Source: Terriglobia bacterium (GTDB lineage: Bacteria > Acidobacteriota > Terriglobia > JAJPHL01 > JAPKYU01). Taken from it: 64,000 nucleotides of DNA. Shown here piece by piece: positions 53,009 through 63,859 of this stretch (position 1 is its first letter; each line of letters opens with the position of its first letter). The position numbers and the translations under genes are program-made. The stretch is from assembly GCA_965206645.1 (NCBI GenBank), contig CBDBKE010000004.1:1952001-2016000 (forward strand). The letters are read 5' to 3'. The notes under the pieces are model-generated. The model saw nothing but the letters and a program-made list of their open reading frames with translations. It was not told the origin of the DNA and did no database searches.

Positions 53009-55810
53009 ATGGTGTCTCTGGTGTTGCGCCGCTCAGGGATTTTCTTTCTCCTGGCATTTTCTCTGCTGGCGCAGTCAGCCTGGGGCCAACGGATCGGGCC
53101 GCTGGTTCTGGACAACCAACAGCGGTCGAAGGCGTCGCCGGCCGAGCGCGCGGCGGCGGTCCGGCCGCCCAGCCTGCGACTGAGCCTTCCGTCGCCCGCC
53201 GCGGTTGCACTACCGCCGTTGGGTCCCGACGATTTGCAGCGTTTGCAACCGCAGGGGGGCAGGCCTCCCGTCATCGGCGTCCACCGTCGGTTGCCGCCGG
53301 GGGCGGTCACGCTGAGCTTCTCCGGGAGGACTGCCAAGACGACCGCCGGGGGAGCGTGGCAATCGACCGCGGTCGGGCGCCTTTGGCGTCTGAAGACGAC
53401 CTCCCCCGGCGCTCGCGCGATGCGCATTCACTTTCGGGACTTCGCCATCGGGGCGGGCAGCCTCTGGCTCCACTCGGCGAGCGGGCAGGTCGCCGGGCCT
53501 TACAGCGGCTCGGGTCTGTATGGGGACGGAGACTTCTGGAGCGGTATTATTTTCGGCGACAGCCTGACGATCGAGTATCTGCCCGATGGGGAGTCGGCGG
53601 AAGAAACCGTGCCGTTCCGAATCGTGGCGATCAGCCATATCTGGGACGATGCTTTTGGAGGCGGCGTGGAGGGCGGAGTCCGAGGGCCGGCGGCCGCGTT
53701 GGGAGGCTCGGGCAGGTGGGGATCGGTAAAGCCGCTGCCCGACCGGATCGACGTTGCGGTGGGAACGCAGTCGAAGAAGGCGCGGCTTGCAAAGGAAATA
53801 CAGTCGGTCGAGCGGTTCGCCTCCCTGCGACATCCGCGCCCGAAAGCGGCAAGACAACTCGTGCCCGGACAGCCCGCCGACTTCAGCTTAGATCCGGTTG
53901 ACTCCTCGACGCTCTTCGCCGGAGATCACTCGTTCCGGCTGGAGGTTCCCACGGGCGCCTCCCGCCTAACCTTCACGCTGGAATCCGTCGATCCCGATGT
54001 CGACGTGGATATGTTTGTTCGTTTTGGGCAGGACAACGCCCTTCGAGATAGGAGGGTTGTCACGGACTACTCCTCCGAGGGACTCACGGGCAACGAGGAG
54101 ATTGTTATTACCTCCCAATCCGATCCGCCGCTTCGAGCCGGAACCTACTTCGTCTCGCTTGGAGTCTTCACTACGGGCGTCGTCGCCGAGGGCACGGTCA
54201 CAGCGACAGTGGAATTCGACGGAGAGGCTCCGCTGCCGATAAGCGGCGGTCCGCTCACGCCCGGACAGCCCGCCGACTTCCTTCTGGGGCCGGTTGATAC
54301 GCCGACGCTCTTCAATGGGAATGACTCGTTCCGGCTGGAGGTTCCCACGGACGCCTCGCGCGTAACCTTAACGCTGAGATCCTCTGTCGACGTGGCTCTG
54401 CTTGTCCGCTATCGAGAGGACAACGCCCTTCAGGATGGGAGTCCTGTCTTTGACTACTTCTCTGACGAGGTCTTTGCGGGCACCGAGGAGATTGTCATTA
54501 CCCCCCAATCCGACCCGCCGCTCCGAGCCGGAACCTACTTCGTCTCGGTATTAGTCTTTGCTACGGGCGTCGTCGCCAACTGCACGCTCACGGCGGAAGT
54601 GGAACTCGACGGAGAGGCTCCGCCGCCGATAAGCGGCGGCACGCTCGTGCCCGGACAGCCCGCCGACTTCCGCCTGGGGCCGGTTGACTCCCGGACGCTC
54701 TTCGCCGGGGATCACTCGTTCCGGCTGGAGGCTCCCGAGAATGCCTCCCGCGTAATCTTCACGCTGGAATCCGTCGATCCCGATGTCGATGTGGATTTGT
54801 TTGTCCGCTATGGCGAGGACAACACCTTCCAGGATGGGAGGCCTGTCTTTGACCACGCCTCCTTGGGACTCACTGGCAATGAACGGATCGGCATCACCCG
54901 CCGCTCCGACCCGCCGCTTCGAGCCGGAACCTACTTCGTCTCGGTATTAGTCTTTGATACGGGCGTCGTCGCCGAGGGCACGCTCACAGCGACCGTGGAG
55001 ACGGACGCCGCGGACTGTCACCTTGACGCGACCTGCTACCCAGAATGGTCGAGTTCCGCAACGGGCGTCGCGCGAATTCTCTATGAGACAAGCGAGGGCA
55101 GTTTCGTCTGTTCGGGCACATTGCTGAATAACCGCCAGCAGGACTTCATTCCCTACTTTCTCACCGCCGCCCACTGCGTGGATACCGAGGAGGAAGCGCG
55201 GAGCGTGACAGCGTTCTGGTTATACCAGACACGAACCTGTAACGGAGAACTGCCGGACTTTCAGAGCGTGCCGCGTACCGAGGGAGCGCGCCTGCTCTCG
55301 ACCTTGGGCGACGGCTTTCATCCCGACGGCGATATGACGCTGCTGCGGCTCGAAGGTGATTTACCGGACGGTGTGATGTTCCAAGGCTGGGACGCGGCCT
55401 CTCAACCTATTGGCGCGCAGGTCACCGGCATTCATCATCCCGAAAGCGATGATTGGGGCTTCTTCAAGCGGATTTCCTTCGGTCAGATCATTCCCGACCC
55501 GGGATTTGAAACTTCCGACGATGTCTACGCCATCGTCTCCTATCCGGTGGGACAAGGCTACACGGAGCCGGGCTCGTCCGGGTCCGCCATCTTCAGCAGC
55601 CCTGGAACCGTAGTCGGGGCACTGAGCGGCGGAGACATTGTCGGGTATGCCTGCCCGACCGGCCTCGTTCATGACGTCGTAACACACTTTTCGGTTTTCT
55701 ATCCTCATATCCGGCAGTTCATTGACAGCGGCGAGCGAGCGCCGCTGTTGGAAGAAATACGAGGCCTCCTTCCACTAGTCTCTCGTACGACAAAAGAGTT
55801 GACGTACTAA
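53009..55810 (+). CDS. Secreted trypsin-like (lysyl-endopeptidase-like) serine protease with three internal PPC-like repeats
   Basis: Signal peptide; CSGTLLNN, LTAAHC, DMTLL, GSSGS triad motifs; three LxPGQPADF...DVDxFVR..AGTYFVS repeats. Confidence 0.9.
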   Translation: MVSLVLRRSGIFFLLAFSLLAQSAWGQRIGPLVLDNQQRSKASPAERAAAVRPPSLRLSLPSPAAVALPPLGPDDLQRLQPQGGRPPVIGVHRRLPPGAVTLSFSGRTAKTTAGGAWQSTAVGRLWRLKTTSPGARAMRIHFRDFAIGAGSLWLHSASGQVAGPYSGSGLYGDGDFWSGIIFGDSLTIEYLPDGESAEETVPFRIVAISHIWDDAFGGGVEGGVRGPAAALGGSGRWGSVKPLPDRIDVAVGTQSKKARLAKEIQSVERFASLRHPRPKAARQLVPGQPADFSLDPVDSSTLFAGDHSFRLEVPTGASRLTFTLESVDPDVDVDMFVRFGQDNALRDRRVVTDYSSEGLTGNEEIVITSQSDPPLRAGTYFVSLGVFTTGVVAEGTVTATVEFDGEAPLPISGGPLTPGQPADFLLGPVDTPTLFNGNDSFRLEVPTDASRVTLTLRSSVDVALLVRYREDNALQDGSPVFDYFSDEVFAGTEEIVITPQSDPPLRAGTYFVSVLVFATGVVANCTLTAEVELDGEAPPPISGGTLVPGQPADFRLGPVDSRTLFAGDHSFRLEAPENASRVIFTLESVDPDVDVDLFVRYGEDNTFQDGRPVFDHASLGLTGNERIGITRRSDPPLRAGTYFVSVLVFDTGVVAEGTLTATVETDAADCHLDATCYPEWSSSATGVARILYETSEGSFVCSGTLLNNRQQDFIPYFLTAAHCVDTEEEARSVTAFWLYQTRTCNGELPDFQSVPRTEGARLLSTLGDGFHPDGDMTLLRLEGDLPDGVMFQGWDAASQPIGAQVTGIHHPESDDWGFFKRISFGQIIPDPGFETSDDVYAIVSYPVGQGYTEPGSSGSAIFSSPGTVVGALSGGDIVGYACPTGLVHDVVTHFSVFYPHIRQFIDSGERAPLLEEIRGLLPLVSRTTKELTY

Positions 55811-55811
55811 A

Positions 55812-55850
55812 CCCGGATTTCCACTTTAGTTTCGGTTCCGCTAACCATCG
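55812..55850 (-). mobile_element. Isolated IS1380-type right end
   Basis: CCCGGATTTCCACTTTAG resembles the reverse complement of CTCAAAATGGAAATTCCGG. Confidence 0.55.
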
Positions 55851-56104
55851 GGTGGCCTCGGACGCCTTTATTAATGCGGGTTTGAAAGCACTCAAGGCGC
55901 TGAGGAGATCAACACCCAATGGGTGAAAAAGAAAACAAATCAAGAATCAATCGTGTGTTCGACCGCGGCAAGAACAAGAACGACTTCCGAGAGCAAGGCA
56001 ATGCGTAGCGCACCACCAGGTGTTCGCAGAGCAACAGCACCTGATCGAAGCCCCTATATTCGGAGCTAGCAAGTGAGATCGGAAGTGGCGAGGACTGCCC
56101 CCCG

Positions 56105-56806
56105 CTGATGCGCGTGTTGCCCTGGCGAGGCTTCCTGCTGAAATGAAGCTTGTGGCCCCATACCGTTCACTTTGGCAAGAATCCATTCTGGAATTTCCTT
56201 CGCACTGCGGTCCATTCGCCGGGGGATAACGGTCCGGTTCCAGGTGCCCCGTCCCGGTTGCGATTCCCCAAGCAGGCTTGCCGCCTACGACAGGAGAACG
56301 GATGTGGGGTTGCGCCATCAGCCGCTGGCCTTCGCCGGTTCCGCTTTGTTCCAACGCAAGGCTCGCGCCAGAACGGTCCCCTCGCCTGGCAGGCGTCTGT
56401 CACTCCCTCTTGCCCTTGTCGGCCCTGCCCGTCACTGGCTTCGTCGGCGCTGTTCCTCCCGTGTCAGGGTTTGGTCGTTTCCGCCATTCGCGGGTGAGCG
56501 GAAATGCTCACAAACCCTTAAACTTTCAGGAGGAAATACATCATGGCTAACCCCAAACCCATCTCTGAAGTCCGCATCGGTCGCATCAAGGCTGCGATTT
56601 GGCCGAACGGAACCGAAGGCCGCACGCGATACAATGTCACCTTCTCCCGTCTCTACAAGGACAACGATCAATGGAAGAGCACGCAGAGCTTCGGTCGCAA
56701 CGACCTGTTGCTGCTTGCGAAAGTTGCCAATCAGGTCCACTCGCGCATCTTCGAGCTTCAGCACGAAGAGGAGCCGCAGGCGGAGTCCTAGTGCGACGCG
56801 CATCAG
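56105..56806 (+). repeat. Self-complementary gene module, copy B
   Basis: Colinear with 27727..28428 (offset 28378). Confidence 0.85.
56543..56791 (+). CDS. 82-aa protein, paralogue of 28165..28413
   Basis: MANPKPISEVRIGRIKAAIWPN...WKSTQSFGRNDLLLL. Confidence 0.8.
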   Translation: MANPKPISEVRIGRIKAAIWPNGTEGRTRYNVTFSRLYKDNDQWKSTQSFGRNDLLLLAKVANQVHSRIFELQHEEEPQAES

Positions 56807-56808
56807 AG

Positions 56809-59130
56809 GATACTGTCAAGTTCAGTGGGAGCGTGGCAGACTTGGCCGATGAAACGCGACACGCTGAGCTACCATGGATATCGATCCCCACCCGACATTA
56901 TCAGCCACGCCGTCTGGCTGTATCACCGCTTCGGTGTGAGCTTTCGCGATGTCGAAGATCTCCTGGCCCAACGCGGCATTACGGTGTCCTACGAAGCGAT
57001 CCGGCTGTGGTGCCTCACGTTCGGTTCAGTATACGCTCGCCGGCTCAAGCGTCGACAGGGCCGGCTGGGCGACATCTGGCGCCTGGACGAGGTCTTCGTC
57101 ACCATCCAGGGACAGCGGCGCTATCTCTGGCGTGCCGTCGATCAAGATGGTGACGTCATCGATATCCTCGTCCAGTCGCGTCGCGACTGTCGGGCGGCTA
57201 CACGCTTTTTCCGCAAGCTGTTGAAGGGCCAGGAGCGTACGCCTGGGCGGTTGGTCACCGACAAGCTGAGCAGCTACAGGGCTGCGCACCGAGCGGTCAT
57301 GCCGTCCGTCGCCCATCGCACGGACCGATACGAGAACAATCGCGCCGAAGTCTCCCACCAGCCCACACGGCAACGCGAGCGACAAATGCGCCGGTTCAAA
57401 TCTCCCGGGCAGGCACAACGATTCTTGTCCGTGCATGGACTCGTCCGCAACCTCTTCCGCGTTGGCCGTCACCTGGTGCGAGCGGTGCATCATCGGTGAC
57501 CAGACCGATTTTTTGTACCAACCGTAGTGAGAGTTTACATCGCAGCCTGGGGCTGTGAAACTGGTTTCAGTGGCAGGGGAGGGCTATAGGCCCCCGGCGC
57601 CGGGGGCCTATAGCCGAGCGCCGAGTGCGGCCGCACCGTGTTGTATTGCACCCTCCACTGTTCAATCAGCACCTGTGCCTCCTTCAACGAGTAGAAGATC
57701 TCTCCATTCAGGCATTCGTCCCGCAGCTTCCCATTGAAACTCTCGCAGTACCCGTTCTCCCAGGGACTGCCCGGTTCGATGTACAGTGTCCCGGTCCCTA
57801 GATTTGCCAACCACTGGCGCAGTTGTTTGGCGATGAACTCGGGACCATTGTCGGATCGAATCTGTTCCGGTATCCCTCGCCACAACATCACGTCCGACAA
57901 CGCCTCAATGATTTGTTGGCTGCCCATCCTCCGCTCCACCCGGATCGCCAGGCATTCCCGCGTGTACTCATCCAGCAAGGTCAGCAGCCGCAGCGTTCTC
58001 CCCTCGTGCGTTCTGGCACTCATGAAGTCGTAGCTCCACACGTGGTTCGGTCGCTCCGGCCTCAGTCGTACACAGGAACCGTCGTTCAGCCACAGCCGTC
58101 CTCGCGGCCTTTGTTTTTGCGGCACTTTCAGCCCTTCCCGCCGCCAAATCCGCTGCACCCGGTCCTTGCCCACTTCCCAGCCCGCACTCCGCAGCAACGC
58201 TGTGATCCTCCGGTAGCCATATCGCCCGTACTTCGCTCCCAGGGCAATGATCGCTCGGGTCAGAGCATCCTCGTCCACCCGATGAATCGGCTCGTATCGT
58301 TGTGTCCCTCGCCATTGCCCCAGCAGCCGGCAGGCATGCCGTTCCGACAACCCGTGTTGCTCCCACGCACGCTCCACCGCACAACGCCGCCGCTCAGGGC
58401 TCAGAAGTTTCCCTGTGCCACATCCCGCAGCACCTGCTTCTCCAGAGAAAGCTCCGCTACCAACCGCTTCAGCCGCGTGTTTTCCTTCTCCAACTCCTTC
58501 AGCCGTTTTGCCTGCACCACCTTCAGCCCGCCGTATTCCTTCCGCCACCGGTAGTAGGTTTGGGTGTGGATTCCAGCTTCTTTGCAGGCTTGGGGCGCAG
58601 TCTTCCCGTTCCCCATCTGCACTTCTATCTGCCGTAGCACCGCTACAATCTGCTCCGGCTTGTAACTCCTTGTCGGCATGACCTCACTTCCTCCTCAAGT
58701 GGATTCTCTCTCTTTCCACTTGGTACAAAAAGTGCCGGTCAGGTCACCAGGAGCGTACGCCTGGGCGGTTGGTCACCGACAAGCTGAGCAGCTACAGGGC
58801 TGCGCACCGAGCGGTCATGCCGTCCGTCGCCCATCGCACGGACCGATACGAGAACAATCGCGCCGAAGTCTCCCACCAGCCCACACGGCAACGCGAGCGA
58901 CAAATGCGCCGGTTCAAATCTCCCGGGCAGGCACAACGATTCTTGTCCGTGCATGGACTCGTCCGCAACCTCTTCCGCGTTGGCCGTCACCTGGTGCGAG
59001 CGGTGCATCATCGGGAGCTACGAGGACGCTCTTTTCTCATTTGGGATGCAGTCACGATCGCCGCCTGACTCGAACTGAGATCACGATCCCGAGTACCGGC
59101 TCGCTCGACGAACGCTAACTTGACAGTACC
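56809..59130 (+). mobile_element. IS6-family IS interrupted by IS3, with a 268-bp internal duplication
   Basis: IRs GATACTGTCAAGTT / AACTTGACAGTACC; WRLDEVFV, YLWRAVDQDG, NNRAEVSHQPTR. Confidence 0.93.
57497..58746 (-). mobile_element. IS3-family IS, complete
   Basis: Same element as 18496..19745. Confidence 0.95.
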
Positions 59131-59806
59131 CGACTGAGTGTAGGGCCCACGGATCGACCACGACATGTCGTCATCGATTCGACGGGCCTGAAGATCTACG
59201 GAGCCGGTGAGTGGCACATCAGAAAACACCGAACCCTCCGCCGTAGGACATGGCGAAAGCTCCACCTAGGCGTCGATGAGACGACGAAAGAGATCGTTGC
59301 GATGGACCTGACTGCGAGCAACGTCCACGACGCCCGAAGGCTCTCTTCGTTGCTGTCTAAGACTCCTGGTTCGATCGGGCAAGTCTCCGCAGACCGGGCC
59401 TACGACACGGGTTCCTGCTACGAGGCCGTGCTCCAGCACGACGCTATCGTGACGATCTTGCCGCGACGCAATGCACGATGCAGCCGAGACTCTCATCCGC
59501 CTCCGTGGCGTGCGATGCGTGATACCCATCTCCGGCGTATTAGGACGCAGGGCCGTTATGAGTGGCGGAAGTCGAGTGGCTGCACTCGCCAGAGCGTGGC
59601 GGAGAATGCGGTCTCACGGTACAAGGCGATACTCGGGGTAAGCCTCTCGGCCCGCACGGTCAAGAACCAAAAAGTCGAAGCCGCGATCAAGTGCGCTGTG
59701 CTGAACCGGATGGCGGAGCTTGGAATGCCACGATCGGAGCGCGTGTGCTGAGGCGGATGAGCTTCTCGGCCCGGTTCGCCGCGAGCGCGAATTACGCAAC
59801 AACGCC
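59131..59806 (+). mobile_element. IS5 3' fragment
   Basis: RLSVGPTDRPRH... through the right IR; cut at the IS6 end. Confidence 0.92.
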
Positions 59807-60244
59807 CATGGCCGCTCTTTTTACTCAAGCGATTTTGCACACTGATCAGCACACTACCTTAGCCGGCAATCGAATTCTGCGAAAAGGATCGTCACCCGCA
59901 TAGGCCGCGACGTCATGCGCGGTGAGGCGGTCGGAGTCTCCTGACAACGCCTGCCAAATAGAGCCCGGCCCTCCGACGCCAAAGGCGGAAGGAGGATTCG
60001 CCAGCAACCTATCTACCGAAGGTATTCTTTGGCGAGATATCCAATCTGGGCTGGGTCCGTGTCGATTGTGGGCCGTTTTGGGCCGCTTTTCCGGTGTCCG
60101 TGGCCGCTTGATTGCCAGCCGACGGTCCCGGTCCACAGCGCGACGACCAGGGTTAAGAATCAGCCTTCTTAACTAGGGGAATCCAGAGCTTCGCAGAGAG
60201 CTCGTCCAGCTCTCTACGCGCGCGCGGATTATTGGGGTGCCCGA

Positions 60245-62308
60245 CTAATCCCTCCCGTGTGGTCGGGCGGCCCGAGGCGCCGCGAGGCGCCAGAAACCGA
60301 CGATGAGCCCGACGAGCAGCAGGAGCGCGAGCCACTCCGCTGCCGCGCCGGCCCAGGCGTCTCCCAGGCTCCAGGGCGTCCGCCCTTGAGAGACCGCATA
60401 GCCGGCCGCACCGGCGATCACCACCCCGATCAATCCTTCCCCACCCACCAAACCGGACCCAAAGAGGATCCCCCGGTCGCGCCGGGCGGCCCGCTCCCCG
60501 CTCGTCGCGGCACCGCGCTCGAGGATCATCCGGAGCAACCCGCCGAGGAAGACCGGAATCATCGTCGAAACCGGGAGATAGACGCCGACCGCGAACGGCA
60601 GCGATGGGATCCGCAGCAGCTCGACGACGACGGCGATTCCAGCGCCGACGGCGACGAGGGTCCAGGGGAGCGATTGGCTGAGCACCCCGTCGATGACGAG
60701 CCGCATCAGCATCGCCTGGGGGGCGGGGAGCTCTGCGCCGCCGAAACCATACGCCCGGGCCAAGAGCAGCAGCGTCAACGCCACGAACGCCGCGGAGGTC
60801 ATCACCCCCACGAGTTCGCCAATCTGCTGACGCCGCGGCGTCGCCCCAAGCAGGAAGCCGGTCTTCAGATCCTGCGACGTGTCGCCCGCGATCGACGCGG
60901 CGATGGCGACAACGGCACCAACCGTCAGTGCGGCCACCTTGCCGGCGTCGTCGGTCCAGCCGAGCAGCAGGAACAACGAGGACGTACCGAGCAAGGTGGC
61001 GATCGTCATCCCGCTGGTCGGGTTCGACGTCACACCGACGAGTCCCACAATCCGGGAGCTGACGGTCACGAAGAAGAAGGCGAAGACGACGACCAGTAGC
61101 GCCGCCAGGGCACGCCCGGCAGCCACCTCGATGCTGCTAAACGCCATCGGCACGACGGCGAGGATGGCAAAGATCGCCAGAGCGCCGACCCCCACCACGC
61201 CGAGCGAGAGGTCCCGCTCGGTCCGAAGAAGGGCGGTGCCCGCCCCGGCCGTAAGCTGCTCCCGAATCTGCCGCGCGCCGATCCGGAAGCTTGCGACCAT
61301 GGTGGGAACGCTCCGGATCAGCGTGATCAGGCCGCCGGTGGCAACCGCACCCGCTCCGATATAGCGAACGTAGCGGGTCCAGAGCAGCCCCGGCGTCATC
61401 TCATCGATCACCAGCGTCGTCTCGGGATAGAGCGGCACCATCCGGCCCTCGCCCCACCACGCCATCGCCGGGATGATGACCAGCCAGGACAGCAGCCCGC
61501 CGCCGACCATGATCGTGGCGATGCGCGGGCCCAGGATATAGCCGACGCCGAAGAGGGCGGCGCTCACCGCGGTGCCGAGTTGGCCTTTCCTGAGGAACGG
61601 AATGGAGATCTGAAGCTCGTCCGGCACGGCCCGCATCCAGCCGGTGACCCCCTTGAACAGCGCCCCGAGTCCCAGTCCGAGGAACACGTTGCGGGCGCGT
61701 GCGCCGCCCATCTGGCTGGCCTTGAGCACCTCGGCACAGGCGGTGCCCTCGGGATAGGACAGATTTCGGTGCTCCCGCACAATCAGAAACGGCCGGAGCG
61801 GGATCATAAAGAGGACGCCAAGAAGCCCCCCACTCATTGCCAGGATGGTGATCTGCAGGAGGTTGGTGTCGAAACCCCAGAGGAAGAGCGCCGGCAACGT
61901 GAAGATCACCCCGCTGGCGACCGAGCTGGAGGCCGATCCGACGGTCTGCGAGAGGTTGGCCTCAAGGATGCCGCTCTGGACACCGCCGGCGCGGAGCGCT
62001 CGAAAGAGCGCCACCGTCATCACCGCCACCGGGATCGACGTCGAGATCGTCAGCCCCGCCCGCAGCCCCAGATAGGCGTTGGCTGCGCCGAACAGGATCC
62101 CGAAGAGAATCCCGGCCGTCATCCCCTTCAGCGTCGCTTCGGCGGGGGACTCGGTGGGAGAGACGAACGGCAAAGGGGTCTGCTTGTCAGCCACGTGGCG
62201 TCTGATTGTACCAGGGTCGATGCTCGGCATTGTGACGCAGGGACCCCGCCGGCTCCGGCCCATCGTTCCGGCCTGGTATCCTCGGGTTGGACCCGCCATG
62301 ACCGCCAA
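60245..62308 (-). CDS. OPT-family oligopeptide transporter
   Basis: AANAYLGLRAGLTISTSIP, YPEGTACAEVL, SNPTSGMTIAT, DTSQDLKTG, SGLVGGE; true start probably near 62197. Confidence 0.93.
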   Translation of the reverse strand: MAVMAGPTRGYQAGTMGRSRRGPCVTMPSIDPGTIRRHVADKQTPLPFVSPTESPAEATLKGMTAGILFGILFGAANAYLGLRAGLTISTSIPVAVMTVALFRALRAGGVQSGILEANLSQTVGSASSSVASGVIFTLPALFLWGFDTNLLQITILAMSGGLLGVLFMIPLRPFLIVREHRNLSYPEGTACAEVLKASQMGGARARNVFLGLGLGALFKGVTGWMRAVPDELQISIPFLRKGQLGTAVSAALFGVGYILGPRIATIMVGGGLLSWLVIIPAMAWWGEGRMVPLYPETTLVIDEMTPGLLWTRYVRYIGAGAVATGGLITLIRSVPTMVASFRIGARQIREQLTAGAGTALLRTERDLSLGVVGVGALAIFAILAVVPMAFSSIEVAAGRALAALLVVVFAFFFVTVSSRIVGLVGVTSNPTSGMTIATLLGTSSLFLLLGWTDDAGKVAALTVGAVVAIAASIAGDTSQDLKTGFLLGATPRRQQIGELVGVMTSAAFVALTLLLLARAYGFGGAELPAPQAMLMRLVIDGVLSQSLPWTLVAVGAGIAVVVELLRIPSLPFAVGVYLPVSTMIPVFLGGLLRMILERGAATSGERAARRDRGILFGSGLVGGEGLIGVVIAGAAGYAVSQGRTPWSLGDAWAGAAAEWLALLLLVGLIVGFWRLAAPRAARPHGRD

Positions 62309-62491
62309 CCTGCCCGGGATGTCCCTATGGCCTTGTCGAGATAGCCGGACTTTCTGGAGTATTTTCGGCCCGTCCTAACTGGCCGCCGCGAGCCGGGCGA
62401 GTCACCCGAAGGGCCGGCGCGGCGCGGCAGCCAGCGGCGCCGTGGACGCGCCAGGCCCGTGAAGGCTACTCCGGGCTGTTTTGGGGTGGGG

Positions 62492-63859
62492 TGTCCATTG
62501 CGAATTGATATGTTGAGCGATTCTACCCGTGACCGCTGCCCCAGTGAGGCGAGTGCACACTGGCGGAGTACCCTCGGTAGCAGCGAAACAATCAGATCAG
62601 ACAACCGCTCCGCGTTGACAAACTCAAACAGCGAATGGTTTCGTAGGAAGTGCCCGCCTGCCGATGTCCGCCGGTTACACAGGGAGCACCAGTCTTTGGA
62701 GAATCAGGCAGTCATTGGGGTGTGATAGAGGCCTCTGCAGTGGCGTTGCCATCCATAGGAATGGAGCCTGGCGACTGGTCGTGGTATAGGCGTGACTGGA
62801 TCAGGCGTTCTCCCTTCCAGTCCAGTGTGCGAGCGATACGCATTGAAATATGTCCTGAAATCGAGCAGCTTGTTCTCCAGGTCCGCCGTCGTCCAGAACA
62901 ACCTGCGATCCAAATGCTCGCGTCGAATCGTGCCGATCAACCGTTCCACAAAGGGATGGGACAGGGGAACATAGGGGACGGTTTTGATTTCGATTACCTC
63001 CAGGATCCGCAGATTGGCTTGCCACTGCCCAAACCGATACAGGGGATCATGGTCGGAGCTGAGGTAGTTGAGCATACAGGGTTGCCATCGAATGGCGCGG
63101 TTGAACATGCGGCAAAGTGCCACGCCATTGACGGTTCCGGCGTGGACGCCGAACCCAATGATCCGGCGGGTGTATTGATCCATGACGACCAAGACCCAGT
63201 GGGTCCGCAACGTGGCCGATTCGCACCGGAACAGATCTATACTCCAGAGGCTGTCCTTCATGTGGCCAATGAGGGTCAGCCAGGATGGACCACCGGAGTC
63301 CTTTTTCGGCCGATAGTGGCTGGCGAGAATCCTTCGAACAACGTCTTTGTCGATGAGGATGTCGAAAGCCAAGGCAATCTGCTGAGCGATTCGCGGGCAG
63401 CCCCAGGTGGGATTGCGCTGCTTCATCTGGACAACAGCGTCGATGAGTTCTTTGTTGGGTCCGTTTGGTCCGGGCTTACGCCGGTGCTTGGATGAAAAGA
63501 GCAGGCAATATTTTCGGTTCCTCAGAGCCCGGTGGAGGCCCAAAAGAGTCGAAGGCTTCAGCACGATTGCTGAGCGGATCAGGCGGGCGGGGCGGATGAG
63601 GAGAGCACACAGGCCGGCGGCGAGGCGATCTGAAGTGCGTAGATTGGGAGATCGCTGTCGCGAACGATTGAGGATCAGGAGTTGTTGCTTGACAAGAACG
63701 GACTCGGCGATCACAGAGCGAATGCCACCCGGACCCAAGAGCCGGGCAAGAGTAGCCATGACATGGACAACAAGGATAACGAGATTGCGCATCTCAGCAT
63801 CTTAGCAAGAACCGCTAAACCCAGGAATTAGGCCGTAAACTAGCAATTCGCCAGGGACA
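62492..63859 (-). mobile_element. IS481-like element with intact rve transposase 62704..63792
   Basis: IRs TGTCCATTGCGAATTG / TGTCCCTGGCGAATTG; WSIDLF, SDHD, FVERLIGTIRRE. Confidence 0.8.

Noticed and set aside
17714-63859. Inverted IS481-like copies as the ends of a 46-kb composite transposon
   Set aside because: The outer flanks (TCTTGG versus GCAGGA) do not match, and the interior is a patchwork.
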